Below, piece after piece: positions 25,719-35,674 of a DNA stretch of 50,300 nucleotides; position 1 is the stretch's first letter, and every line of letters begins with the position of its first letter. A program made the translations under genes and the position numbers. The DNA lies in contig DATEBV010000358.1 of NCBI GenBank assembly GCA_035287205.1, forward strand, positions 1 through 50,300. The letters run 5' to 3'. The notes beneath the pieces were generated by a model. That model did no database searches. It was not told the origin of the DNA and saw only the letters and a program-made list of their open reading frames with translations. Origin of the DNA: Chthoniobacterales bacterium. GTDB taxonomy: Bacteria; Verrucomicrobiota; Verrucomicrobiia; Chthoniobacterales; UBA6821.

Positions 25719-26270
25719 ATGAATAAAACATTATCACTACTTGCTATTGTTCTTGCAACGGCAGCTACGTCGTTCGCAGGCCAAACCTGTTCCAAAAAAG
25801 TTGTCTGTGCTCCTGAAGATTGCCGCTTTCGTGCTAACGAGTGGCAAGTTGACACCGCTGTTGTTGGTGGTGTAGGAAAGTATGGCAACAATTCCTTCGG
25901 CGCTCTTGGCGGCGGACTTGGAGTCAATTACTTCTGGTCAAAATACTTTGGTGTCGGCGTTGACGATTCTATTGGTGGTTTGAGACAATCAGGTAGCTCT
26001 TCGACTCAGTTCGTTAACAGTCTCCAGGCTGATCTCATCGCTCGTTATCCTATCTGCTCTTGGAATCTTGCTCCTTACGCCATGGTTGGTGGTGGTGGCA
26101 ACTGGACTAAGAGTGTTAGCCAAGGTAATGGTAACGTTGGTGGTGGTCTTGAGTACCGCCTCACTCGTAACGTTGGTCTCTTTGCTGATTGCCGTTGGCT
26201 CTACGGAAGCAATTCTGCTTCACGCCTCAGCGCAGCTCTCCCACGTGCAGGTGTTCGTTTAGCTTTCTAA
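25719..26270 (+). CDS. small beta-barrel outer-membrane protein, paralog 1
   Basis: Signal peptide MNKTLSLLAIVLATAATSFA/GQ, Gly/aromatic-rich strands, C-terminal ...VRLAF; ORF-track N-terminal extension rejected; own terminator. Confidence 0.75.
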   Translation: MNKTLSLLAIVLATAATSFAGQTCSKKVVCAPEDCRFRANEWQVDTAVVGGVGKYGNNSFGALGGGLGVNYFWSKYFGVGVDDSIGGLRQSGSSSTQFVNSLQADLIARYPICSWNLAPYAMVGGGGNWTKSVSQGNGNVGGGLEYRLTRNVGLFADCRWLYGSNSASRLSAALPRAGVRLAF

Positions 26271-26299
26271 GGTTTTTTAAGAAAGTTAATTTTAGTTTT

Positions 26300-26333
26300 A
26301 AACGGCGCTGGATTTATCCAGCGCCGTTTTTTT
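26300..26333 (+). terminator. Rho-independent terminator after OMP paralog 1
   Basis: aaacggcgctgg-attta-tccagcgccgttt followed by a T-run. Confidence 0.85.
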
Positions 26334-26494
26334 GCATCATACTTTTATTCTAATTGCTACAAACTGAAAATTATGCTTGCCATCTCCTTTTTGAAATTAG
26401 TACGATCACTAAGTTAAATTAACTAAATCTTTAGATAGCTAGATAGCTGTGCAGTTTTTTACAAGTTCTCTACATTTCTAAAACCCTAAAATCT

Positions 26495-27049
26495 ATGAAT
26501 AAAACATTATCACTACTTGCTATTGTTCTTGCAACGGCAGCTACGTCGTTCGCAGGTCAAACCTGTTCCAAAAAAGTTGTCTGTGCTCCTGAAGATTGCC
26601 GTTTCCGTGCTAACGAGTGGCAAGTTGACACCGCAGTTGTTGGTGGTGCTGGAACGTATGGTGATCATTCGTTCGGCGCCATTGGCGGTGGAATTGGGGT
26701 TAATTACTTCTGGTCAAAATATTTTGGTGTCGGTATTGACGATTCTCTTGGTGGCTTGAAAGAAACTTGTCATTCTAGTTCAACTGAGTTTGTTAATAGT
26801 TTTCAAGCGGATCTCATCGCTCGTTATCCTATCTGTTCTTGGAATCTTGCTCCTTACGCCATGGTTGGTGGTGGTGGCAACTGGACTCAGAATGTTAGCC
26901 AAGGTAATGGTAACGTTGGTGGTGGTCTTGAGTACCGCCTCACTCGTAACGTTGGTCTCTTTGCTGATTGCCGTTGGCTCTATGGAAGTAATGCTGCTTC
27001 ACGCCTCAGCGCAGCTCTTCCACGTGCAGGTGTTCGTTTAGCTTTCTAA
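26495..27049 (+). CDS. small beta-barrel outer-membrane protein, paralog 2
   Basis: 184 aa. Nearly identical to paralog 1 at the 5' and 3' ends and divergent in three internal patches; C-terminal F. Confidence 0.8.
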   Translation: MNKTLSLLAIVLATAATSFAGQTCSKKVVCAPEDCRFRANEWQVDTAVVGGAGTYGDHSFGAIGGGIGVNYFWSKYFGVGIDDSLGGLKETCHSSSTEFVNSFQADLIARYPICSWNLAPYAMVGGGGNWTQNVSQGNGNVGGGLEYRLTRNVGLFADCRWLYGSNAASRLSAALPRAGVRLAF

Positions 27050-27078
27050 GGTTTTTTAAGAAAGTTAATTTTAGTTGT

Positions 27079-27112
27079 AAACGGCGCTGGATTTATCCAG
27101 CGCCTTTTTTTT
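27079..27112 (+). terminator. Rho-independent terminator after OMP paralog 2
   Basis: aaacggcgctgg-attta-tccagcgcc followed by tttttttt. Confidence 0.85.
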
Positions 27113-27175
27113 GTAACTATTTAGATTGCATAGAATATTATTTTTGTTACTGTTTCGGTTCTTAAAAAATATATT

Positions 27176-27733
27176 ATGAATAAAACACTATCACTCCTTG
27201 CTATAGTCCTTATGGCAACAACGTCATTTGCAGGTCAAGCAGTTTCTTCGAAGAAGGTTGTTTGCACATCTGATGATTGCCGCTTCCATGCTAATGAATG
27301 GCAAGTTGATGTATCTACTGTAGGCGCTGTAGGTGTTTATGGTGGTCAAAACAAACAGGCGCTAGGAGCTAATCTAGGAGTGAATTACTTCTGGTCAAAA
27401 TACTTTGGTGTTGGTATTGATAACTCAGTTGGTAGTGAAAGAAATGCTGGGATGACAGGGTTTAATGGATTGCAGGCTTACGACAGTCTTCAAGCGGATC
27501 TGATCGCTCGTTATCCTATCTGTTCTTGGAATCTTGCTCCTTACGCCATGGTAGGTGGTGGTGCAAGTTGGGGTCCTGCTAGCCAAGGCAATGGTAATGT
27601 TGGTGGGGGTTTGGAATATCGTTTAATGAAGAATGTCGGTTTCTTTACTGATTGTCGTTGGCTTTATGGTAATAATGGGACTATGTCACTGAGCATGGCG
27701 ATGCCACGTATAGGTATGCGTTTGGGTTTCTAA
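27176..27733 (+). CDS. small beta-barrel outer-membrane protein, paralog 3 (more divergent)
   Basis: 185 aa; same architecture (signal peptide, CRFxANEWQVD, LQADLIARYPICSWNLAPYAMVGGG, C-terminal ...RLGF). Confidence 0.8.
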   Translation: MNKTLSLLAIVLMATTSFAGQAVSSKKVVCTSDDCRFHANEWQVDVSTVGAVGVYGGQNKQALGANLGVNYFWSKYFGVGIDNSVGSERNAGMTGFNGLQAYDSLQADLIARYPICSWNLAPYAMVGGGASWGPASQGNGNVGGGLEYRLMKNVGFFTDCRWLYGNNGTMSLSMAMPRIGMRLGF

Positions 27734-27751
27734 GGCAAAAAATAATTGTAA

Positions 27752-28213
<462 letters not shown>

Positions 28214-28218
28214 TCTCT

Positions 28219-29193
28219 ATGCAAACAATTCTTGTAACTGGTGGAGCTGGCTATATTGGAAGTATCTGTACGGAGGAACTCCTCAATGCAGGTTATGATG
28301 TAGCTGTTTTTGATAATCTTTCTGAAGGGCATCGTGCTGCCGTCGATCCAAGAGCTTCTTTTTTTCAAGGAGAGCTTGCTGATCGTGAAGCGATCAAGTA
28401 TGCCCTTCGGGAATCAAAGGCTACAGCGGTAATGCATTTTGCGGCCAATGCTCTCGTTGGAGAATCAATGGAAAATCCTTCCAAGTATTTTCATAATAAT
28501 GTTGTTTGTGGGCTCAATCTTCTCGATGCCATGGTTGAGGTAGGGGTGAAACGCTTTGTCTTTTCGTCAACCTGTGCGACATTCGGTATTCCAGAGCACA
28601 TGCCGATTGATGAAACTATGCCGCAGCGTCCTATCAATCCTTATGGTGAATCGAAATTAATATTCGAACGCATTCTTCGTTGGTATGGATTAATTCATCA
28701 GATTACTTTTGTAGCACTCCGTTATTTTAATGCTGCAGGAGCTACCGAACAACTTGGTGAGGATCATCGCATAGAGACGCATTTAATTCCCAATGTTCTT
28801 AAAGTAGCGCTTGGTCAGAAGGAAGCTGTTGAAATCTATGGTACCGATTATGAAACTCCTGATGGTAGTTGTCTTCGTGATTATATTCATATCATCGATT
28901 TAGCACAGGCTCATCTCTTAGCATTGAAGGCTAAGCAGAGTGCCTTTTATAATCTTGGGACAGGTGGAGGTACTTCTGTTAAAGAGGTCATTGAATGTGC
29001 TCGTCGTGTAACGGGACATTCTATTCCTGTGGTAGAAAAACCACGGCGTGCAGGCGATCCTCCACAGCTTATTGGATCTTCCAATAAAATTAAGAAAGAG
29101 CTTGGATGGAACCCTCGCTACCAAAATATTGAAGCCATTATAACGAGCGCTTGGGCTTGGCATCAGAAGCACCCGAAGGGATACTTATCTTAG
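28219..29193 (+). CDS. galE: UDP-glucose 4-epimerase
   Basis: ILVTGGAGYIGS Rossmann motif, PYGESK catalytic YxxxK; ATG 28219 preferred over TTG 28210. Confidence 0.9.
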   Translation: MQTILVTGGAGYIGSICTEELLNAGYDVAVFDNLSEGHRAAVDPRASFFQGELADREAIKYALRESKATAVMHFAANALVGESMENPSKYFHNNVVCGLNLLDAMVEVGVKRFVFSSTCATFGIPEHMPIDETMPQRPINPYGESKLIFERILRWYGLIHQITFVALRYFNAAGATEQLGEDHRIETHLIPNVLKVALGQKEAVEIYGTDYETPDGSCLRDYIHIIDLAQAHLLALKAKQSAFYNLGTGGGTSVKEVIECARRVTGHSIPVVEKPRRAGDPPQLIGSSNKIKKELGWNPRYQNIEAIITSAWAWHQKHPKGYLS

Positions 29194-29363
29194 GAGATGG
29201 TAGATAGAAGATAGGAGATAGAAGATTAGGCCTTCGGCAAGAAGGCAGGATGCAAAGCGTGAATCTAAACAAAATTTAAAAGTCAATAAAGCTATACTTA
29301 TCCCTATTCGCCTGCTTTAGCAGGCCTCGATCCTATCTTCTATCTTCCATCTTCCATCTTCTA
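29192..29363. repeat. Family D element (D2)
   Basis: taggagatggtagatagaagataggagatagaagattaggccttcggcaagaagg...aaacaaaatttaaaagtcaataaagctatacttatc...cctatcttctatcttccatcttccatcttc. Fills the galE-tatD spacer from stop codon to start codon. Confidence 0.9.
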
Positions 29364-29365
29364 AT

Positions 29366-30175
29366 ATGATTGATACTCACGCCCATCTCGATAGTCCTCA
29401 ATTTGCTGATGACCTTGATGCTGTTCTTGAGCGAGCTCATGCTTCAGGTGTCACACGAATTATTTCCATTGGTACAGGGATTGAGAGTAGTCGTAGAGTC
29501 GTGGCTCTCGCTGAAAAATATTCTTCAATTTATGCTGTCGTAGGGGTTCATCCAACTGATGTTGCAGAACAAGGATGCAATTTTATAAAAGAGCTTCGTA
29601 CACTTGCATGCCATCCGAAGGTAGCTGCTCTTGGAGAGATTGGTATCGACTATTATCATAAGCCTTCAGAATTATCCCCTGAAGGAGAGATTCACTGGAA
29701 GCAGGATCAAGCAGAGGCCTTTCAACACCAGCTCGATTTAGCTGTAGAAATAGGCCTTAATGTTATTATTCATGTGCGTGATGCAAAAGGAAGTAATGAT
29801 GCATGGCAAGAGACATTACGGTTGTTACAGCCTTATTCAGGAAAAACACGAGGTGTTTTTCACTGTTTTGGAGGTACAGCGGCACAAGCTACAGAAGTAA
29901 TCTCTTTAGGACATCTGGTCTCTTTTACAGGGATTATTACTTTTAAGAATGCTCCTTTGGTTCGAGAGACGGCTGCTATAGTCTCATCGGATAGCTACAT
30001 GGTGGAGACTGATTGTCCCTACCTTGCACCAGTACCATATCGTGGGAAGCGGGCTGAACCTGCTCATACGCGGCTTGTTGCCGAGAAGATTGCCGAAGTA
30101 AGAGGCATTTCTTTAGAGGAGGTGGCTAGAGCAACAACAGCAACAGCTGAGAAGTTTTTTAACCTAAAATCGTAA
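29366..30175 (+). CDS. tatD: TatD-family metal-dependent DNase/hydrolase
   Basis: MIDTHAHLD start, GEIGIDY, HVRDA, ETDCPYLAP motifs. Confidence 0.88.
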   Translation: MIDTHAHLDSPQFADDLDAVLERAHASGVTRIISIGTGIESSRRVVALAEKYSSIYAVVGVHPTDVAEQGCNFIKELRTLACHPKVAALGEIGIDYYHKPSELSPEGEIHWKQDQAEAFQHQLDLAVEIGLNVIIHVRDAKGSNDAWQETLRLLQPYSGKTRGVFHCFGGTAAQATEVISLGHLVSFTGIITFKNAPLVRETAAIVSSDSYMVETDCPYLAPVPYRGKRAEPAHTRLVAEKIAEVRGISLEEVARATTATAEKFFNLKS

Positions 30176-30194
30176 CTAACAACGTCTCAAAAAA

Positions 30195-30431
30195 GAATTC
30201 ACCACAAAAAGCACAAAGATTACACAAAGAACACAAAAAGAATTTTTTTATAAAAAAATTCTAAATACTAAAAGCAGAAATCCTCTTTCGATTTTCTGAG
30301 ATGATAATTTTTAAACTTTAAATTTTATCTGCCGGTTGTAATTCTCAAAACTTTAAAATTTTTTATAAAAAATTTTATTTTGTGTTCTTTGTTTGCCGCT
30401 TTAGCGGCTTTGTGATCTTTGTGGTAAATTT
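30195..30431. mobile_element. Family B element, GAATTCACCACAA subfamily (B2)
   Basis: Left arm: gaattcaccacaaaaagcacaaagattacacaaagaacacaaaaagaatttttttataaaaaaattc. Right arm: aaaattttttataaaaaattttattttgtgttctttgtt[tgccgctttagcggc]tttgtgatctttgtggtaaatttc. Sits at the convergent tatD/dnaN junction. Confidence 0.82.
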
Positions 30432-30461
30432 CTTCCTGCTTGGACTACGTTGGTAGTTACC

Positions 30462-31574
30462 TTAAATCGAAACTTTAATTGGCATGAGAACATACACAAA
30501 GCGTCGAGCAGAATTAATTTTAAAGACGCCGGGACTCATTTCATCAATTAGTTCCAAGACAACGGTATCTTCATTAAGATTTTTTAATGGGTCTAAGAAG
30601 AAGTCTGGATTAAAAGACATACAGAGGCTGCGACCTTTATAAGAAATAGGTAGGGATTCTTTGGTCTCACCGATTTCAGGTGCATTAGAAGTAATGTCGA
30701 GATTGTTTTCTGTAAATTTGAGACAAATCGAGCTGTTGCGATCAATGCTTAAAAGAGCTGCTCGGCGAGCTGCTTGAAGAAGAGGTTCCCTTTCTAAAAC
30801 AATGCGCTCATTGATTTCTGTGGGGATGACTTGGCGATAGTTGGGATAGGTTCCATCAACTAATTTGGTAGCTAATACAGAGGTTCCAAGATCAAATACT
30901 GCACGATTTTCTCCTATATAAAGGCGAATATCTTGATCGGTGGTAAGAAGGCGTTCTAGTTCGTTAATTGCTTTTGTAGGAACAATGAAATCACATTCAT
31001 GACCTGTAGGATATTTGATTTCACCAAGCTCGACATCACAGAGAGCAAGTCTACGACCATCGGTGGCAACAAGGGTTAGACTGCTTTCTTTAAAAGAAAA
31101 GAGAAGTCCATTGAGCACATAACGTGCTTCATCTTGAGAGACTGCATAAGAAGTTTTATCGAGACCATCTTTGAGTTCATTTTGTTTCATGGAGAAACCA
31201 CGCATTTCTTCGAATGATGGGAATGCTGGATATTCTTCTTTAGAGAGGCCGTAAACTTTAAAAAAGCTAGGGCCACTGCGGATGGAAGTAAGATTACGAC
31301 TATCCGTTTCCATGAAGATTTCTTCTGCTGGTAGTTCTCGAATGATGGAGGCAAGACGACGTGCAGGGAGTGTCGTTCCGCCTTGTTTTTCAATTGTAGC
31401 AGGAACATGAGTACTAATACTGAGTTCTGTATCAGTAGCCATAAGACGCAGACCTGTTGGTGTTGTCTCTACAAGAACATTGGAGAGAATAGGGAGCGTG
31501 ACGCGCGTGCTAACGACATTTTGGATGCGCTGCAATCCATCAAGGAAGGCTTGTTTAGTAACGGTAAATTTCAT
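30462..31574 (-). CDS. dnaN: DNA polymerase III beta sliding clamp
   Basis: 370-aa ORF of typical DnaN length and sequence (MKFTVTKQAFLDGLQRIQNVV...), directly downstream of dnaA. Confidence 0.92.
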   Translation of the reverse strand: MKFTVTKQAFLDGLQRIQNVVSTRVTLPILSNVLVETTPTGLRLMATDTELSISTHVPATIEKQGGTTLPARRLASIIRELPAEEIFMETDSRNLTSIRSGPSFFKVYGLSKEEYPAFPSFEEMRGFSMKQNELKDGLDKTSYAVSQDEARYVLNGLLFSFKESSLTLVATDGRRLALCDVELGEIKYPTGHECDFIVPTKAINELERLLTTDQDIRLYIGENRAVFDLGTSVLATKLVDGTYPNYRQVIPTEINERIVLEREPLLQAARRAALLSIDRNSSICLKFTENNLDITSNAPEIGETKESLPISYKGRSLCMSFNPDFFLDPLKNLNEDTVVLELIDEMSPGVFKINSARRFVYVLMPIKVSI

Positions 31575-31585
31575 GACTATTGGCT

Positions 31586-31630
31586 AGCAATGTCCTTTTT
31601 CATTTCTGCGAAATGAAAAGTGACGTTGCT
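31586..31630. repeat. Family G palindrome, imperfect (G3), just upstream of the dnaN start
   Basis: agcaatgtcctttttcatttctgcgaaatgaaaagtgacgttgct. Confidence 0.7.
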
Positions 31631-31867
31631 AAAATTAGAATTATTTGCAATCTATAGTAATAGATAGGTAGAAATGTTCAGGATAACAGAAAGTTTTGCT
31701 TATTTGCAATATCTCTCTCAAGAATGGTATGTCTTTAGACGTAACAGGAATGATGACAACGTAGTTAGCGTCAAAATAACAAGCAAAAAACCTAAATATT
31801 GATTGAGAAAGGTATATAGTCTGTTTAAAATTTTGAATGATTGATTAGAAGTTAGGCTTATATTTAT

Positions 31868-31904
31868 CAACATCACTTTATTTCGTAGAAATGAAGTGAC
31901 GTTG
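31868..31904. repeat. Family G palindrome (G4), just downstream of the dnaA stop
   Basis: caacatcactttatttcgtagaaatgaagtgacgttg. Confidence 0.85.
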
Positions 31905-31912
31905 AGCCTCGA

Positions 31913-33271
31913 CTACTGAGTAAGTTGTTTGTCAAGATTACGAACAACGTGGCGTAATTGTGCATCTGTAGAAAGACGGGTTTTGATTAGCTTACAGGCA
32001 TGAAGTACAGTGCCATGGTCTTTGCCGCCAAAAGCCTCTCCAATTTCTTTAAGTGTAGAACCGGTCATTTCACGTGCCAGAAACATTGCTACTTGGCGGG
32101 GGTAAGCAATATTACTTTGACGACGTTTACTCGACATATCGGCGAGTCGGATATCGAAATGTTCTGCAACCTGTTTTTGAATGTGGTCGATGGTAATCTT
32201 TTGGCGAGCTTGCTCTTGTAAAACATCACGCAGAAGATGGTCTATTGAATCTTTGGAGAGTGGTTTTCCACTAAGTGATTTGTAAGCAGCAACACGCATG
32301 AGTGCTCCTTCCAGACGCCGAATATCAGAACGAATATGTTCTGCAAGAAATTCGAGAACCCATGTTTCTACATCAATATGAAGCCGTTCAGCTTTTCCCT
32401 TAAGAATAGCAATACGTGTTTCCATATCAGGAGGTTGAACTTCGGCAGTCATACCCCATTCAAAACGTGAAACAAGTCGTTTTTCGAGTTTGTCGATTTC
32501 ACTGGGAGGACGATCACTTGAGAGAATGATTTGTTTATGCCCATCATGGAGCGCTCCAAAGGTGTGAAAAAACTCTTCTTGAGAACGTTCCTTGCCAGCA
32601 AAAAACTGAATATCATCGATCATTAAGATGTCTGCCTGGCGATAACGTTTTCGAAATTGAAAAAGAGTGCCATGTTGGATAGCATCAATAAATTCATTAG
32701 TGAACTGTTCACTGCGTAGGTAAACAACCTTTGCTCCCTTCTTAGTAGCTAAAATACGATGGCCTACGGCTTGAAGAAGGTGTGTTTTGCCAAGACCACT
32801 ATCGCCATAGATAAAGAGGGGATTATAAGTGCGTGCTGGTGCTTGAGCAACAGCCATGGCTGCAGCATGAGCGAATTGATTATTAGATCCTACAATGAAA
32901 CTCTCAAAAGTGTAGGAGGGATTGAGCCCTGCCGTAGCAGATGATTTTTTAGCAGAAGAAGCGCTTTGTTGTTCTGCAGGACGAAGGCCTGTTGAGGGGT
33001 CTTCTTTTTCTTGTTCTTGAAGTTCTCGAGGAACAAAATGAAGAGTCCGTGGATTTTTAAAAATTTCTTCAACGGACGAGTTGAGAAGATTCGAATAATT
33101 GCTTTCAATAAAAAACTGATGGATTGGATTAGGAACACTCAAGGTGACCGAATTTACATCGCTGTTCATAATATGAACATCACTAAACCATCGTTTGTAA
33201 CCATCAGCGCTAATACGCTGACGAATAATTTGAGAGAGCTGTTGCCAAAGTTGTTCGTTGCTGAATTGCAT
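31913..33271 (-). CDS. dnaA: chromosomal replication initiator DnaA
   Basis: Walker A GDSGLGKTHLL, IDDIQFFAGKERSQEEFFH, C-terminal DNA-binding helix region. Start moved to ATG 33271 because ORF-track codons 1-27 are a heptamer-repeat tract. Confidence 0.92.
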   Translation of the reverse strand: MQFSNEQLWQQLSQIIRQRISADGYKRWFSDVHIMNSDVNSVTLSVPNPIHQFFIESNYSNLLNSSVEEIFKNPRTLHFVPRELQEQEKEDPSTGLRPAEQQSASSAKKSSATAGLNPSYTFESFIVGSNNQFAHAAAMAVAQAPARTYNPLFIYGDSGLGKTHLLQAVGHRILATKKGAKVVYLRSEQFTNEFIDAIQHGTLFQFRKRYRQADILMIDDIQFFAGKERSQEEFFHTFGALHDGHKQIILSSDRPPSEIDKLEKRLVSRFEWGMTAEVQPPDMETRIAILKGKAERLHIDVETWVLEFLAEHIRSDIRRLEGALMRVAAYKSLSGKPLSKDSIDHLLRDVLQEQARQKITIDHIQKQVAEHFDIRLADMSSKRRQSNIAYPRQVAMFLAREMTGSTLKEIGEAFGGKDHGTVLHACKLIKTRLSTDAQLRHVVRNLDKQLTQ

Positions 33272-33306
33272 GGGACAGGCTACAGGTTGCAGGCTACAGG
33301 CTGCAG
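33272..33306 (-). repeat. CCTGYAR heptamer tract abutting the dnaA start codon
   Basis: The sense strand reads ctgcagcctgtagcctgcaacctgtagcctgtccc-ATG. An inverted partner tract lies at 33468-33504. Confidence 0.85.
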
Positions 33307-33734
33307 AAAGTTTGGTGTGGAGATTATTAAAATTATGATCACTTTTTCTCAAAGAAATATTGATGGATTAAGAAGTAAGGCTACAGCATTTTTGAATGAA
33401 GAGCAAAATATCAAAAAATCGAGATAAAGCTAAGGTAACCAAAAAAATTGGCTGCCGGGATGAACTCCCTGCAGTCTGCAGTCTGTACTCTGCAATTTGT
33501 TACCGTGCTATTCTAAAAAAGAAGCGAATTTATACTCAAGAAAAAAGCAATCGATACTTATAATATATTTTCTAAAAAAGAATCAAAATGCTTGACCTGG
33601 ATGTCACTTCTCGACAGTGAAAGGTGAGAAGTGAAGTGGAAGCAATAGGGCTAAAAATAGAAGATAATCTTATTATATAGGATAATTTATTTTTTTAATT
33701 TTATCTATTAACCAGTGCGATAGTGACTTAAAAA

Positions 33735-33914
33735 GTATATTTCATGCTCCTGTACTATGGCTTGCAAGAAGCTTAATAAATACTGTGTCGGATCTGAACC
33801 GTTATCTTCGCTAAAATAATACCCTTCTATAGTCACTGCGTCAAAATCCTTCGTTCTTTTTGTCTTATTAAGTTTTGTGTTGCGTCTTATTACGACGTCT
33901 ATGAAATAGACGGG
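33735..33914 (-). repeat. Family E element, core-only copy (E2)
   Basis: gtatatttcatgctcctgtactatggcttgcaag...gcgtcaaaatccttcgttc...cttattacgacgtctatgaaatagacggg. Very close to E1; contains the symporter stop codon (33899-33901). Confidence 0.82.
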
Positions 33915-35500
33915 CTCATCGTTTTGTGGTTTTCGGTGCGAAAAGGTAAGGCACAAATCATCGTGACCATGCTTCCTATAAAAACATACCAGGGCCAAGA
34001 AATCTCGGGCCACCAAGTTGGCATGAAATGAGCAAATTTGATAATACCTGGGAGTTCTACTTTTCCAAGAAAGAGAACACTGGTCATGCCAATCACCATA
34101 GCGATAACATTTGTTTTATCATTCCCCCGTGTTTTTGTAAGCATGCCAATTAAGAAGATACCTAGTAGCCCCCCATACGTATAACCTAAGATGCCAATGG
34201 CAATCGGAATAATAGTTAGCCGAGGATTTAGAAGTACAGAATAAGCGGCTATTGTAGCAACGCCTACCATAAGTAATCCAAAGATGAGGGTGGCTCTGCG
34301 AGCGGCCCTTACCGAAGTTCGCTCATTTGCAAGAGGGTTGATATAGGGGAGATAAAAATCGGTAGTGAAACTAGTTGCCAAGGCATTGAGTGATGCTGAG
34401 GTGGATCCCATCATGGTTGCCAAAACACCAGCAATAATTAGTCCACGTAATCCGACGGGGATATTATGGATAATAAAGTAAGCAAAAATTTCATTGTCAG
34501 GTATTGCAGGAGCACTTTCCATGTGTGAATAGTAAACAAAGAGAAGGATGCCAATACTCAGGAATCCTAGAGCCAGTGGAATATCAGCAAATCCACTTAA
34601 GATAAGGGAGAGTCTTGATTTGTTGACATTGGAAGCGGTCAGAAGACGTTGTACCATATCTTGATCGGTGCCATGAGTGGCCATGGTAAGAAAGGTAGCG
34701 CCAACTAAAGCAGCTGGGAGAGTATACGGTTCAGCTAACATTTTTGAGAGAGCAGGTCCAAAAGGGAGTGTTGTATCCCATCCACTTTGAATCCATTGAA
34801 GGTTTTGCCAACTACCAAAAGTTTCTTTTACAGTATGAATTCCACCAATACGATAGAGTAGGAGCCAGATAGTAAAGAAAAGAGAGCCAATCATTAAGCT
34901 TGCCTGAATGAGGTCAGTCCAGACAACAGCCTTAATTCCGCCAACCATGGTATAGATTGTCGTAATGAGAGTAATTAGCAAAATTCCCCAGAAGTAGTGA
35001 GTAAGAGTTGTTGGTGTTGTCGGATAAAAGTAATGCCAAAGGACAACCAGGATAAGACCTCCTAAGTAGAGGCGGACTCCAATTCCCAAAACACGCGTAA
35101 AAAGAAAAATAGCACTGGCAGTATTTTTCGTTGCTGGGCCAAAACGAACGGTGAGAAATTCATAGATACTTCTAACGCGGTAACGGTAATAAGGAGAAAT
35201 AAAAGTATAGGCAATAATAATACGGGCTAGAATTGTTCCAATAGCTAGTTGGCCATAGAAAAAAGCACGTGTCTTAAACCCTTCCGCAGGAGTTCCCAAA
35301 AATGTTGCGGCACTTGTTTCTGCTGCAATAATGGAAGCTAAGATTGCCCACCAGGGAAGGGCATGGCCGCCAAGTGAAAATTCTTCTAAAGTTCGGTTAT
35401 TGCGTCCTGCATAAAGTCCAATGCCGATAATTACGACAAAGTAGAGCAATATAATAGATGAATCAATGGATACAGAGTACCAAGTAATGGGGTTATCCAT
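33899..35500 (-). CDS. sodium:solute symporter (SSF) family transporter
   Basis: 533-aa polytopic membrane ORF with SSF-like helices (e.g. GGIKAVVWTDLIQ). Stop codon lies in the terminal stem of repeat E2. Confidence 0.8.
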   Translation of the reverse strand: MDNPITWYSVSIDSSIILLYFVVIIGIGLYAGRNNRTLEEFSLGGHALPWWAILASIIAAETSAATFLGTPAEGFKTRAFFYGQLAIGTILARIIIAYTFISPYYRYRVRSIYEFLTVRFGPATKNTASAIFLFTRVLGIGVRLYLGGLILVVLWHYFYPTTPTTLTHYFWGILLITLITTIYTMVGGIKAVVWTDLIQASLMIGSLFFTIWLLLYRIGGIHTVKETFGSWQNLQWIQSGWDTTLPFGPALSKMLAEPYTLPAALVGATFLTMATHGTDQDMVQRLLTASNVNKSRLSLILSGFADIPLALGFLSIGILLFVYYSHMESAPAIPDNEIFAYFIIHNIPVGLRGLIIAGVLATMMGSTSASLNALATSFTTDFYLPYINPLANERTSVRAARRATLIFGLLMVGVATIAAYSVLLNPRLTIIPIAIGILGYTYGGLLGIFLIGMLTKTRGNDKTNVIAMVIGMTSVLFLGKVELPGIIKFAHFMPTWWPEISWPWYVFIGSMVTMICALPFRTENHKTMSPSIS

Positions 35501-35541
35501 CAGATTACAGGTTACAGGTTGAAGGCTGCAGGTTGCAGATT
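35501..35541 (-). repeat. CCTGYAR heptamer tract abutting the symporter start codon
   Basis: The sense strand reads aatctgcaacctgcagccttcaacctgtaacctgtaatctg-ATG. Confidence 0.85.
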
Positions 35542-35596
35542 ATTAGGGAAGTAGTAACCACCAATGTTGGTAGTTGAGAGATAGAAGATAGAAGAT

Positions 35597-35674
35597 TGCA
35601 TTTTAAATGATTACTTTGCAGTCCGATTATTTAATTCAGATCCGTCCTCCGAAGGAGGGGATCTGAATGCCTAC
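35597..35674 (+). repeat. Family A element (A13), antisense at the 3' end of the hydrolase gene
   Basis: tgcattttaaatgattactttgcagtccgattatttaattcagatccgtcctccgaaggaggggatctgaatgcctac; encodes the hydrolase C-terminus and stop on the minus strand. Confidence 0.88.

Noticed and set aside
33708-34016. 102-aa ORF overlapping the symporter 3' end, and ORF 50024-50206 in E4
   Set aside because: Both lie entirely within family E copies or overlap a well-supported transporter gene. They are repeat-encoded, and their frames are not conserved between E copies.
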